DNA of 32,000 nucleotides, taken from the NCBI RefSeq assembly GCF_002945325.1, contig NZ_CP026606.1:900001-932000 (forward strand), in the 5' to 3' direction. Shown one piece after another: positions 1-9,955 of this stretch; position 1 is the first letter of the stretch, and each line of letters starts with the position of its first letter. Under the pieces are notes generated by a model that was not told where the DNA came from, did not search any database, and saw only the letters and a list, made by a program, of their open reading frames with translations. This DNA is from Methanococcus maripaludis (lineage in GTDB: Archaea; AGJL01; Methanococci; Methanococcales; Methanococcaceae). A program made the translations under genes and the position numbers.

Positions 1-1
1 T

Positions 2-403
<402 letters not shown>

Positions 404-426
404 ATAAAATATTTTTAAAAATTAAG

Positions 427-1458
427 TTAAGGCTTAAGCCCGCCAACGCCTAAACCCTCTTTTTCATCGAATCCCATGATAATATTCATATTTTGGATTG
501 CCTGACCGCTTGCCCCTTTTACAAGATTGTCTATTGCTGAAACTACAACAATTCTGCCATACTGATCAATTTCAAATCCGCCAATATCGCAGAAGTTGGT
601 TCCTCGAACTCCAGTTAAAGAAGGCATTCCCTCTTCAAATATTCTTATGAAAAATTCGCCTTTGTAGAACTCTTCATAGATTTCGATAACATCTACTCGG
701 CTTACATCTTCTTTAAGGAATGAATGCGCAGTTGTCAATATCCCCCTTGTAACTGGCAGAAGGTGGGGAGTAAATGAAACTTTTAAATTTTTGTTTGCAA
801 GGTATTGAAGCTCTTTTCCAATTTCTGGACTGTGCCTGTGTTTCGTTATTTTGTATGGTCCGATATTTTCATTTACATTTGCAAAATGAGTAGTTTGACT
901 TGCTTCAACACCTGCACCACTTACTCCGGATTTTGAATCAAAAATTATCCTGTCTTCAACGAGATCATTTGCAACCAGCGGCGCCATTGAAAGAATTGCA
1001 CCTGTTGGGTAACATCCAGGATTTGCAATTGTTTTTGACTTTTTTATTTTTTCCCGGTGGAGTTCTGGAAGACCATAAACTGCAGAATCTATTTTTCCGG
1101 AGTGTTTCAATCCATACCATGATTCATACATATCAATATCTTCAAATCTGTAATCCCCACTTAAATCGATTACATTTATTCCTTTTTCGTGTAGTGTTGG
1201 GACAATTGCCATTGATGCACCGTGAGGTGTTGCACAGAACACAATATCAGTATCGATGTCTTCTGGAGCAATATTTTGGAATTTTAAATCGTTATAATTA
1301 CATAAATTTCTTACCTGGGGGTGAAAATCAGTGAGCTTTTTTCCAGCCTCTTTTCTTGACGTTACATTCACAACTTCGACTTCGTCGTGGTTTGAAAGGA
1401 GTCTTAGAAGTTCTGAGCCCGTATACCCCGTTCCGCCTATTATCGAAACTGTTTTCAT
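427..1458 (-). CDS. argC: N-acetyl-gamma-glutamyl-phosphate reductase
   Basis: N-terminal Rossmann motif [16 protein letters not shown], active-site region NPGCYPTG, and a typical length of about 343 aa. The listed start at 1467 is a GTG inside the SD (AAGGTGG). The ATG at 1458 sits 5 nt after that SD, so I use it. Confidence 0.95.
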   Translation of the reverse strand: MKTVSIIGGTGYTGSELLRLLSNHDEVEVVNVTSRKEAGKKLTDFHPQVRNLCNYNDLKFQNIAPEDIDTDIVFCATPHGASMAIVPTLHEKGINVIDLSGDYRFEDIDMYESWYGLKHSGKIDSAVYGLPELHREKIKKSKTIANPGCYPTGAILSMAPLVANDLVEDRIIFDSKSGVSGAGVEASQTTHFANVNENIGPYKITKHRHSPEIGKELQYLANKNLKVSFTPHLLPVTRGILTTAHSFLKEDVSRVDVIEIYEEFYKGEFFIRIFEEGMPSLTGVRGTNFCDIGGFEIDQYGRIVVVSAIDNLVKGASGQAIQNMNIIMGFDEKEGLGVGGLKP

Positions 1459-1591
1459 TAAAACCACCTTTTAGAATAATGCGAAAATTTTGCTGTATAA
1501 ATTAAAACTTGATGGGATAAAAAAGTAATGATTATCTTTAAAATAACCACCCCCATAAGTTTAAAAATTTAAAAGTTTTAAAAAAAGATTT

Positions 1592-2113
1592 TTAAAGATA
1601 TCCTGTTGGCCATTTTTCATAATGTATTCTTTCTCTATCAAATTTTTCTACCGGAACCGGCTTTTCTGCAGGATTTCCTAATGCTACAACTGAAAAAGGA
1701 ACTACATTTTCTGGCGCATGCAGAACTTTTCTCATTTTTTCGACTCGTTCATCTACAGGATAAAATCCAAGCCATACTGCACCAATTCCCCGATCTTGAG
1801 CTTCTATTAATATATTTTCAGTTGCAGCAGCACAGTCCTGAACCCAGAACTGCCCGCATGATCCATTTACGCGATCCATGTTACCGCATACAACTATTGA
1901 AACTGGTGCTTCGTTTAACATCCTTGCGTGCCTGTTTATTTTAGAAATTCCCGAAAGTGTGTTTTTATCACGAATTACTACAAAATCCCATGGCCTCTGG
2001 TCGCATGCACTTGGTGCTGCCATTGCTGCTTTTAAAAGATCATCGACTATTTCTTCTGAAACGTCTTCAGAAGTGTAGTGTCGGATACTCCTTCTTTCAA
2101 ATATTGCATTCAT
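1592..2113 (-). CDS. nitroreductase-family flavoprotein
   Basis: N-terminus MNAIFERRSIRHYT, then PSACDQRPW...VVI, typical of NADH/FMN nitroreductase-fold proteins. SD GAGGGGG lies upstream of the ATG. Confidence 0.85.
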   Translation of the reverse strand: MNAIFERRSIRHYTSEDVSEEIVDDLLKAAMAAPSACDQRPWDFVVIRDKNTLSGISKINRHARMLNEAPVSIVVCGNMDRVNGSCGQFWVQDCAAATENILIEAQDRGIGAVWLGFYPVDERVEKMRKVLHAPENVVPFSVVALGNPAEKPVPVEKFDRERIHYEKWPTGYL

Positions 2114-2281
2114 ATATTCCCCCTCTTTTTCGTTTAAATGTTATGTAACCCCCAAATTTGGTTTCCACATATAAAATATCAATCTTTCAAAAACATATAT
2201 TTTACTGCTAACCCATATCTATTAGATATTCTAATGACAATTTTATATATCTTGATTGGTATAGTCTGTATCGGTGCTTTT

Positions 2282-2938
2282 ATGATAGGAACTTGCATGC
2301 GATTTTCAAACCCAGAAAAAGGACTGGAATATACGGATTGGGGCCTTCATTTTTGTTCAAACATTGATGAAAACTTCAAAAAAGGACTTAATGGATTTCA
2401 TGCACCTATCGTAGATATCGGAACTCCGAATAATAAAAAAGGACTTGAAACACTTAAAAATATAGTTAATAAGCTTGATAATGCAGATTATTTAACTATT
2501 CATCTTCATAACGGGAAAGAACCCGAATACAATACTCTTTTAGAAAATGTTTCGGAATTAAATGAATATTCTAAAGAAAAAAACATTACTTTGTGTATTG
2601 AAAATTTAAGAAATGGATTTTCTTCAAAACCTGAGAACATAATAAACGTTGCAGAAGAAACGGGGTGCAGAATAACTTTTGATATAGGCCACACACCGTA
2701 TGAAAACAGAATGAACTGTATTGACCTTTTTTCAGATAAAATTTACAATGTGCACACTTACGAAAAAGAATGCGACAAAATCGGGCACGTTGCTCCAAAA
2801 GATTTAAAAAACTTAAAACCAGTTTTAGATGGCCTTTTAGATGTCGGCTGCGATTTTTGGCTTATCGAGCTTATGAATGTTGACGAAATCATCAGCACTA
2901 AAAACATGTTAAATAAATACCTTGAATTTCATAAATAA
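2282..2938 (+). CDS. xylose-isomerase-like TIM-barrel protein (sugar phosphate isomerase/epimerase or AP-endonuclease-2 fold)
   Basis: Motif series HAP, HLH, CIEN, DIGH, H..E is characteristic of the AP_endonuc_2 / xylose isomerase-like barrel. The family typically starts M-x-(I/L)-G, which matches MIGTCMRF at 2282. A TATA-like TTTTATATAT at about 2243-2252 lies inside the longer listed ORF (2138), arguing against the upstream start. ATG 2234 remains an alternative. Confidence 0.7.
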   Translation: MIGTCMRFSNPEKGLEYTDWGLHFCSNIDENFKKGLNGFHAPIVDIGTPNNKKGLETLKNIVNKLDNADYLTIHLHNGKEPEYNTLLENVSELNEYSKEKNITLCIENLRNGFSSKPENIINVAEETGCRITFDIGHTPYENRMNCIDLFSDKIYNVHTYEKECDKIGHVAPKDLKNLKPVLDGLLDVGCDFWLIELMNVDEIISTKNMLNKYLEFHK

Positions 2939-2971
2939 AATGACGTATCTTTAAGTTATTTAGGTGTTATT

Positions 2972-3781
2972 TTGGATATCGAGTTTAAAAAATCATTTAA
3001 AGAGTTAACTTTATCTAAAGATTCATTGAAAATTATCGAAGAAAATGGAATTGATTTAAAAAAAATTGCTGTTGGGGAGTTTTCCGGAAGAGACAGCGCT
3101 GCAGCAATTATAAAAGCTTTTGAAGACGAAGATATTGACGCTGTTTTGCCAGTTTTAGCATTTACCGGTACGGATTACGGTGAAAAAGAAATTTTCTACC
3201 GAAACTGGAATGTAATAGATAAAAAAATAAAAGAAACACATGAAAATAAGTTTTTACTGCCTCTTCATTTTATTTTTGAACCAAAACTCTGGAATGCACT
3301 CAATGGACGATTTATTGCATACACAATTCAAAAATATGGATATTACACGCCTTGCATTGGGTGCCATGCATATTTAAGGATGATAAGAATTCCACTTGCA
3401 AAACATCTTGGAAAAAAAATAATTAGTGGGGAGAGGATACTCCACGACAAAGATTTTAAAATCGACCAGTTCAAAGAAACTCTTGAAACATACTATAAAA
3501 TATGCGATGAATTTGACGTAGAACTCCGTCTCCCGGTAAAAGATATTGAAAAAGGGTCAGAAATAAAAGAAATTATTGGTGAGCCGTGGGAACAGGGAAA
3601 AAACCAATATTCATGCATGTTTAGTGGAAATTATAGGGATCTGGACGGAAAGGTAATTTTTGAAAGGGAAAAAATTGTAAAAATCTTAAATGAATTTATA
3701 TATCCTTCATCTATTGAAATATTGAAAAACGGGTATAATAACAACTTTAATTATATTGAAACCGTGAAAAAGTTCCTTTAA
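2972..3781 (+). CDS. conserved hypothetical protein, PP-loop-like (adenine-nucleotide alpha-hydrolase-like) with a CxxCH motif
   Basis: TTG start at 2972 preceded by AGGTG (2962-2966). 'GEFSGRDSAAAII' resembles the SGGxDS PP-loop with G-to-R variation. 'YTPCIGCHAY' supplies a CxxC(H) pair. No confident family assignment is possible by eye. Confidence 0.55.
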   Translation: MDIEFKKSFKELTLSKDSLKIIEENGIDLKKIAVGEFSGRDSAAAIIKAFEDEDIDAVLPVLAFTGTDYGEKEIFYRNWNVIDKKIKETHENKFLLPLHFIFEPKLWNALNGRFIAYTIQKYGYYTPCIGCHAYLRMIRIPLAKHLGKKIISGERILHDKDFKIDQFKETLETYYKICDEFDVELRLPVKDIEKGSEIKEIIGEPWEQGKNQYSCMFSGNYRDLDGKVIFEREKIVKILNEFIYPSSIEILKNGYNNNFNYIETVKKFL

Positions 3782-5070
3782 TGAATACCATGAGAACATT
3801 GCTTTTATTATTAGATGGACTTGGAGATAGACCTTCTGAGGTTTTGAAAGATAAAACTCCGCTTGAATATGCAAAAACTCCAAACTTAGATTCTTTTGCG
3901 AAAAAAAGCGTCACAGGAATGATGACACCATATAAAAAAGGAGTCCCACTTGGAACGGAGGTTGCCCATTTTCTGCTATGGGGCTACGACCTATCAGAAT
4001 TTCCTGGAAGGGGGATTATCGAAGCTTTGGGCGAAGATATTAAACTTAAAGATAATTCTATCTATTTAAGGGCCACTTTTGGATATGTAAAAAGAAAAAA
4101 TGGCTTTTTTGTAAAAGATAGGCGTACTAAAAATATATCAATTGAAGAAATAAAACAGCTTATAAATTCCCTTCCAAAAAAAATTGGAGATTATGAATTT
4201 AATCTACACTACTCTTTTGATACACACTGTATTTTAGAAATAAGTTCTTCAAATTACGAAATATCGGATAAAATATCTGATAGTGACCCTTTTTATCGGG
4301 AAAGACACGTTTTAAAAGTAAAACCGCTTAAAAATATTTCAGAACGAATAGAAATTGAAAATGCTGTGAAAACTGCCGAAGTATTAAATAAATATCTTCT
4401 AAAATGCAGTGAAATCCTTGAAAATCATCCTGTAAATATTACAAGAAAAGAAAATAATTCCCAACTTGCAAATTTCCTGCTTACAAAGTGGGCTGGAAGA
4501 TATAGGGAAATAGATTCTTTCCATGATAAATGGGGCATGAATGCTGCAATTATTGCAAAAAGCAGCGTTTTTAAAGGTTTATCAAAATTGCTGAAAATGG
4601 ATTATTATCCCGAAGGCGATTTTCAAAAAGCATTTTTAAAAGGAATTGAATTAAAAAATTATGATTTTGTGCATATCCACACCAAAGAGCCTGATGAAGC
4701 AGGACATACAAAAAATCCGATTAATAAAGTCGAAGTTATCGAAAAAATAGATAAATGCCTTCAAAAAATAAATGAATTAAATGATGAACTGATTATTATT
4801 ACTGCCGATCATTCTACGCCATCTGTTGGAACATTAATACACTCTGGAGAAGACGTTCCGCTTGCAATATTTAAAAATGGCATTATGAGGGATCGTGTTG
4901 AATATTTTAACGAAAAAGAGTGTTCAAAAGGCCAGTTAAATATTAAATCGAAAGATTTGATGAATTTAATACTAAACGATACAAACAAAACAAGACCTTA
5001 CACTACAAGAATTGGAAATAAACTTTTAAATTATATTCCAGAAAATAATTCCATTGAACATTTGAAATAG
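3781..5070 (+). CDS. alkaline-phosphatase-superfamily metalloenzyme, paralogue of archaeal cofactor-independent phosphoglycerate mutase (ApgM / MJ0010-like)
   Basis: N-terminus LLLLLDGLGDRP...KTPLEYAKTPNLD, plus HTKEPDEAGH and TADHSTP metal-ligand motifs as in archaeal iPGM-type proteins. The start ATG overlaps the upstream stop (TAATG at 3779-3783). ATG 3790 is an alternative start. Confidence 0.8.
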   Translation: MNTMRTLLLLLDGLGDRPSEVLKDKTPLEYAKTPNLDSFAKKSVTGMMTPYKKGVPLGTEVAHFLLWGYDLSEFPGRGIIEALGEDIKLKDNSIYLRATFGYVKRKNGFFVKDRRTKNISIEEIKQLINSLPKKIGDYEFNLHYSFDTHCILEISSSNYEISDKISDSDPFYRERHVLKVKPLKNISERIEIENAVKTAEVLNKYLLKCSEILENHPVNITRKENNSQLANFLLTKWAGRYREIDSFHDKWGMNAAIIAKSSVFKGLSKLLKMDYYPEGDFQKAFLKGIELKNYDFVHIHTKEPDEAGHTKNPINKVEVIEKIDKCLQKINELNDELIIITADHSTPSVGTLIHSGEDVPLAIFKNGIMRDRVEYFNEKECSKGQLNIKSKDLMNLILNDTNKTRPYTTRIGNKLLNYIPENNSIEHLK

Positions 5071-5077
5071 GTAAAAT

Positions 5078-5617
5078 ATGCCCAATTTATACGCACATCT
5101 TGTTTTATCAAAAATATTTCTTGAAAAAGAACTTTTAAACGTAAATGAGAATTTAGACATGAATAATTTTTATTTTGGATCTTGTGTTCCAGATATTGGC
5201 TATTTTTCAGGTATTGAACGAAAAATTACTCATTTTTATGAATCCGATCCGGAAGATTTATTTGAAAATAGAACTTTTTTTGAAAAATCATTTTTAAAAG
5301 GTTATACACTTCACATACACTTGGATAATATCTGGAAATACGAAATAAGACTTAAAAATAATATATCAATTGAAAAAAATGCCGAAATCTACAATTATTT
5401 TGATAGCTTTTTGGAAAATAGATTTGATATAAAAATAAACTCTTTTAAAAGTTATATTTTTAAAGGAAACTGTGACTTTTTAAAAAAATTAAATATAGAA
5501 GAAGATACCTGTAAAAATTGGAAAAAAACCGCATTTTACACAGTTTCTGATTTTCAGTTCAATGAAAAATATCAAAAAATAATTGACAGTTATCTAAAAA
5601 TTTTAAAAATAAATTAA
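5078..5617 (+). CDS. hypothetical protein; N-terminus resembles Zn-dependent phospholipase-C-like metal hydrolases
   Basis: The pattern MPNLYAHLV...FGSCVPDIGYF...THF...HIHLD resembles the His/Asp ligand pattern of small 'zinc dependent phospholipase C family' proteins. It starts 7 nt after the previous stop. The functional call is weak. Confidence 0.5.
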   Translation: MPNLYAHLVLSKIFLEKELLNVNENLDMNNFYFGSCVPDIGYFSGIERKITHFYESDPEDLFENRTFFEKSFLKGYTLHIHLDNIWKYEIRLKNNISIEKNAEIYNYFDSFLENRFDIKINSFKSYIFKGNCDFLKKLNIEEDTCKNWKKTAFYTVSDFQFNEKYQKIIDSYLKILKIN

Positions 5618-5620
5618 TAA

Positions 5621-6589
5621 TTAAATTGAAATTATACTGTTTTTATCAAATTCAAACAAAATTTCAGTCCCGATTTTAAAGTCTACCGGTTTATTCGTCT
5701 GAATGGTAAATAATGAGTCACCACATTTTATAATGTATCTTACGACACTTCCCAAAAATTCATAATCCACTAATTTTCCATTGAAATTGCCCTTACCGAG
5801 TTCTATTGATTCAGGCCTTACGAAATACTTTTTATCGCCGGATTCAATATCCAATTTATTTAATATTGATGAAGGGAGTTCATTGATAATTCCAATAAAT
5901 TTTGCAACGAACTCGGTTTTTGGGTTAGAATAAATAGAATAAGGGTCTCCAAACTGTTCTATTTTTCCTTTATTCATTACAGCGACTTTATCTGATATGG
6001 CCAGCGCTTCTTCTTGGTCGTGTGTTACATAAATCGTTGGAATTTCAAAATTTCTCTGCAGTTCTTTAAGCTCTTTTCTCATTTTTATTCTTAATTTTGC
6101 ATCCAAATTACTTAAAGGCTCGTCTAAAAGCATTGCCTTTGGTTCTATCACTATTGCCCTTGCAATTGCAACCCTCTGCTGCATTCCACCGCTTAATTCA
6201 CTAATTGGGTACTTTTCATATCCGCCAAGGTTGACGAGATCTATTGAATTTTTTACCTTTTCAGAAATATCCGATTTACTAAATTTTTTTAACCTCAAAC
6301 CATAGGCAATATTTTCAAAAACGTTTAAATGGGGAAATAATGCGTAATTTTGAAATACTAATCCAATATTTCGTTTGTTTGGCGGAATATTCGTTATATC
6401 CTCACCATTTAAAAAAATTTTTCCCGCATCAGGCTTTTCAAATCCTGCAATAATCCTGAGACAAGTCGTTTTCCCACAACCGCTGGAACCAACAAGTGAC
6501 ACAAGTTCTTCGCCGCATTCAAAATCAGTATCTGTTAAAACCCCATGTTCTTCGAAGTTTTTTGAAATGTTTTCGAGTCTTAAATCCAT
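5621..6589 (-). CDS. ABC transporter ATP-binding protein (PotA/FbpC/CysA type with C-terminal TOBE-like domain)
   Basis: Walker A GSSGCGKTT, Q-loop, signature LSGGMQQRVAIARA, Walker B LLDEPLS, H-loop THDQ. An extra C-terminal domain of about 90 aa is present. The start overlaps the permease stop by 10 nt. Confidence 0.95.
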   Translation of the reverse strand: MDLRLENISKNFEEHGVLTDTDFECGEELVSLVGSSGCGKTTCLRIIAGFEKPDAGKIFLNGEDITNIPPNKRNIGLVFQNYALFPHLNVFENIAYGLRLKKFSKSDISEKVKNSIDLVNLGGYEKYPISELSGGMQQRVAIARAIVIEPKAMLLDEPLSNLDAKLRIKMRKELKELQRNFEIPTIYVTHDQEEALAISDKVAVMNKGKIEQFGDPYSIYSNPKTEFVAKFIGIINELPSSILNKLDIESGDKKYFVRPESIELGKGNFNGKLVDYEFLGSVVRYIIKCGDSLFTIQTNKPVDFKIGTEILFEFDKNSIISI

Positions 6590-8217
6590 TTTTTATCCCC
6601 TTTCAATCGTAATATTCCCAATATCCCGATTATCGACAAAATAACCATGAACATCGAGTAGCATGCCCCAACACCAAGCTGCCTGTTTATCGTTGATTCA
6701 AATACCATTGCAGATAGTACTTTTGTATTTGCCGTCATTAAAAATATTATCGAACCCAGCGACTTGATAGTTGCAATAAATGTATATATCATGCTGAATA
6801 TTATTGCAGGCTCCAGTAATGGTAGTACGACTTTGTAAAATGTTTTTAATCGGCTTGCACCAAGATTAAGAGAGGCTTCTTCGACAGACTCTTCAATCTG
6901 GGAAAGTACCGAATTTCCAGTTTTAAATGAGAACGGGAGTTTTCGAACCATGCAGTTTAAAATTATGATTGAAGACGTCCCAGTAAGCAGCAAAGGGTAA
7001 TTATTAAATGCTAAAAGGTATCCTAAACCCATAAATGTTCCAGGTATTGCAAATGGAAGTGTTATCACTAAATCCATCAGTTTTCGACCAAAAAATTTTC
7101 CCCGATATATAATATAGGAATAAGCGACTCCTAAAAAAGCCACCAAAATGCTTGACGACAGAGCATAAAATAGCGTGTTTTTTATTGCAAGCTGTCCTGC
7201 ACTTATCGCTTCAAAAAAATAATCTAAAGTCAAAGCGTAGTTGTGGCCAAAACTTTTCGTAAAAGAAGCTACAAAAACCGCAAAAAACAAAAGATATGCA
7301 AGTATTGAGAAAAATATGGCAGGAAATCCAAGAATTATTTTTTGTATATTACTTAGTGAATATTTTGTTAGTTTAGATTTTTTGAGCTCGTAACCCTTAT
7401 GATATTTTGAATAAAGATAAAATAAGGCCATAGATGGGAACAGAAGGATTACACTAAGTGTTGATGCCATTTGGGTGTTATACCTTCCAATTATTTCAAA
7501 ATACGATGCCGTCGCAAGCGTGTTGAAATTTCCACCAACGATTATGGGGGTTCCAAAATCAGCCATAGACTGCATGAATATCAAAAGACCTGCACTCAAT
7601 ATTCCGGGAATTAATAGTGGTAGTGTTACTTTTTTAAAAACCTGAAATTCATTTGAACCTAAATTCCTTGCAGCATCCTCAAATTCTCCAGAAATCCCAA
7701 GAAGTACTGCCGAAATTATAAAAAATGCAGTTGTCGTGTAATCGATAGACTGCATTATTACAACACTTTTCCAACCGTATATATTTGGTTCAAGCCCTAA
7801 TAAGCCGTAAGTAACTGCCCCGTGCCTTCCAAACAGGAATACGTAAGCAAGCGATGAAATAAACCCGGGGGTAATTATGGGTAGAAAAACTGCAATTTTG
7901 AAAAAATTTTTAAATTTAAAATCGGTTTTAAAAATGATAATTGAAAAAATAAAACCTAAAAATATCGAAATTATCGTTGAAAAGCACGCTACAACAATAC
8001 TGTTTTTTAAAATGCCAAAATAGTACGAATCTGAAATAAATTTAGAATATGCATCAAGCGTAAAACCGTTTGAACCGTAAAATGATTGTAAAAATACTGT
8101 AAATACAGGATACATTATGAATATCAATAAAAAAACGTTTGCAAGGATATAAAAACCATTTTCAAGGATTTTTGGATAAATTTTTGTTAATGTCTCTTTA
8201 TTAAATACTTCTTTCAT
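6580..8217 (-). CDS. ABC transporter permease, duplicated (two-domain) type as in Fe(3+)/thiamine importers
   Basis: 545 aa and very hydrophobic, with two internal repeats each containing an EAA-like loop (EDAARNLGSNEF..F..VTLPLL and EEASLNLGASRL..F..VVLPLL). SD GGTG precedes the ATG. Confidence 0.9.
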   Translation of the reverse strand: MKEVFNKETLTKIYPKILENGFYILANVFLLIFIMYPVFTVFLQSFYGSNGFTLDAYSKFISDSYYFGILKNSIVVACFSTIISIFLGFIFSIIIFKTDFKFKNFFKIAVFLPIITPGFISSLAYVFLFGRHGAVTYGLLGLEPNIYGWKSVVIMQSIDYTTTAFFIISAVLLGISGEFEDAARNLGSNEFQVFKKVTLPLLIPGILSAGLLIFMQSMADFGTPIIVGGNFNTLATASYFEIIGRYNTQMASTLSVILLFPSMALFYLYSKYHKGYELKKSKLTKYSLSNIQKIILGFPAIFFSILAYLLFFAVFVASFTKSFGHNYALTLDYFFEAISAGQLAIKNTLFYALSSSILVAFLGVAYSYIIYRGKFFGRKLMDLVITLPFAIPGTFMGLGYLLAFNNYPLLLTGTSSIIILNCMVRKLPFSFKTGNSVLSQIEESVEEASLNLGASRLKTFYKVVLPLLEPAIIFSMIYTFIATIKSLGSIIFLMTANTKVLSAMVFESTINRQLGVGACYSMFMVILSIIGILGILRLKGDKKWI

Positions 8218-8249
8218 TTACTGCACCTAAAAAAAAAATAAGTAAAAAA

Positions 8250-9281
8250 TTATTCTGTAGTTGAAATTTCTCTGTATCTAGATTCCCATTCATCTAAAAT
8301 CCTGTCCCGATTTTCCCCCCAGTACATGAAATCCATATCGAGGAAATCAAGATCTTTTGGGTTTGGAACACCATCGATAACTTCAATGTCGCCCCTTACA
8401 GGCACCCGAGGGCTTGCCTGCATAAGTACTTCCTGACCTTCTTTTGAAAGACACCAGTCAACAAATATTTTCGCATTTTCAGGGTGTTTTGCACCGTTTA
8501 CTATCGAAACTGGGGATGGCCACCAGATAACTTTGTTTAAAAATGCAGATTTTACAGGTAATTCTGAATCTGCAATTAATGTCGTGTGTGGATCAGGTGC
8601 TACACCATAAGCGTATTCACCAGCAGTTACTAAGTTTCCAGGCCCGCTTCCACGTTTTGTTAAGAATGGAGTGTTTTGATAGAATTTATCAAGGTAATTC
8701 CAGCCTTCATCTTCACCATACATTTGAAGAATTCCACATATTGTAAAGTATGCAGTTCCTGAAACTGTCGGGTTGGATGCAATTAATTCTCCTTTGTAAT
8801 CATCAGTTATTAAATCATCCCAAGTTTGTGGTTGAGGTAATCCTTTTTCAGATAACAAATCAGTGTTTTCCAAGATACCTATGGTAACAAGAGAAACTCC
8901 GGTCCAGTAGCCGTCTTCTTCAACAAATAATGGATCGATATCTTTTGCATTCGGGGATTTGTAAGCTTCAAGTAGCCCATCCTGCTGTGCACTTATGAAC
9001 GCATCGATTCCTCCACCAAGCCATACGTCTGCTGAAGGATTGCTCTGTTCAGCTTTTAGCCTTGAAAGAGCTTCACCAGATGATAAAGACACGTATTCCA
9101 TTTTTATGCCAGTATCTTTTTCAAATTCATCTGCAATTAAGTCAAGACTGCCATAAGCAACATATACTGTCACAACTTGTTCTTCTTGTGAAACATTAGA
9201 AGCTTGCTGTTCAGTGCACCCTGCAAATACGAGTACTGCCATAACGCAGAAAATTGCGAGTATGCCTTTTAAATTTTTCAA
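8250..9281 (-). CDS. ABC transporter substrate-binding lipoprotein (Fe(3+)/thiamine-type SBP family)
   Basis: Signal peptide with lipobox MKNLKGILAIFCVMAVLVFAGC, a mature domain of about 320 aa, and position upstream of the permease and ATPase on the same strand. TTG start sits 5 nt after GGAGGTG. Confidence 0.85.
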   Translation of the reverse strand: MKNLKGILAIFCVMAVLVFAGCTEQQASNVSQEEQVVTVYVAYGSLDLIADEFEKDTGIKMEYVSLSSGEALSRLKAEQSNPSADVWLGGGIDAFISAQQDGLLEAYKSPNAKDIDPLFVEEDGYWTGVSLVTIGILENTDLLSEKGLPQPQTWDDLITDDYKGELIASNPTVSGTAYFTICGILQMYGEDEGWNYLDKFYQNTPFLTKRGSGPGNLVTAGEYAYGVAPDPHTTLIADSELPVKSAFLNKVIWWPSPVSIVNGAKHPENAKIFVDWCLSKEGQEVLMQASPRVPVRGDIEVIDGVPNPKDLDFLDMDFMYWGENRDRILDEWESRYREISTTE

Positions 9282-9421
9282 TATTACACCTCCGAAAATA
9301 CATTAGTTAGAGTGATTATCTTATTTAATGATATCATTAGCTCTTAAAATAAAATATATACTAATTATAATTTCTAATATCTAAAAAAGATATAAAATAA
9401 TAAAAATATGTAAAAAATAAT

Positions 9422-9946
9422 TCAGTCGTAACACTTCGAAAGAAGCGATCTTGCCCGGTTAATTGCTGAAATGTATAATTTTACAATTAAAGGGGAGATT
9501 ATTGCATAGTAAGACCGATATTTATTAATTAATCCTTTTTTATTTAGCCCCCTTGAAAGCTGGGCATTTTTCGTAGTTTCAAACTCCCTTTTAGCAACTT
9601 CAAGTGTTGAAAATGTCATCCAAATCCCAATTCCCAAATCACGATTGTAACTTGAAATAAATTCAACTAACTTTTCAATTGAAACTGAATTTATAAACCA
9701 CTGCACTGCAAAAATATATGCAAGCAGCCGGTATGCATTGTTAAGCCCATCCTGGCCCATTATAAAATAATAAAAAACAACCAGATACAGGGAAAATAAA
9801 ATCCATCTTTTTGAAAATACTTCAAATCTTTTGGTAAGTAAAACAACCACAATGGACGCTAAAATTCCATAAAATGGATTAAAAATTACTAAAACAAGTA
9901 AAAAAAGAGTAAAAATTAGATAAATCTTAATTTTAAGGTATTTCAT
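9422..9946 (-). CDS. short EcfT/CbiQ-like energy-coupling-factor transmembrane protein
   Basis: The C-terminal region TKNAQLSRGLNKKGLINKYRSYYAIISPLIVKLYISAINRARSL aligns by eye with the conserved EcfT coupling-helix region (..NAQRARG....ipLf..s.krA..la). It is only 174 aa versus about 260 aa for canonical T components. Confidence 0.65.
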   Translation of the reverse strand: MKYLKIKIYLIFTLFLLVLVIFNPFYGILASIVVVLLTKRFEVFSKRWILFSLYLVVFYYFIMGQDGLNNAYRLLAYIFAVQWFINSVSIEKLVEFISSYNRDLGIGIWMTFSTLEVAKREFETTKNAQLSRGLNKKGLINKYRSYYAIISPLIVKLYISAINRARSLLSKCYD

Positions 9947-9955
9947 ATTTTTTAC

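Noticed and set aside
900-1334. 144-aa plus-strand ORF antisense to argC. Similar antisense ORFs occur at 1606-1944, 1878-2078, 6375-6644, 8543-8746, 10030-10233, 10644-10907, 13280-13555, 14748-14990, 15005-15328, 15512-15838, 18623-19054, 21212-21601, 26821-27165, 27187-27504, 28917-29162 and 30684-30974.
   Set aside because: Each lies entirely inside a family-recognisable gene on the opposite strand. They have low-complexity or odd composition (L/F/S/H-rich), no SD motif, and no recognisable domain. They are shadow ORFs.
2138-2281. Possible N-terminal membrane anchor (MTILYILIGIVCIGAF) on the TIM-barrel protein if translation began at 2138 or 2234.
   Set aside because: The hydrophobic stretch is encoded by the TATA-like TTTTATATAT promoter sequence itself, and the family normally begins M-x-I/L-G, as at 2282. 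I keep it as an alternative only; start mapping would settle it.
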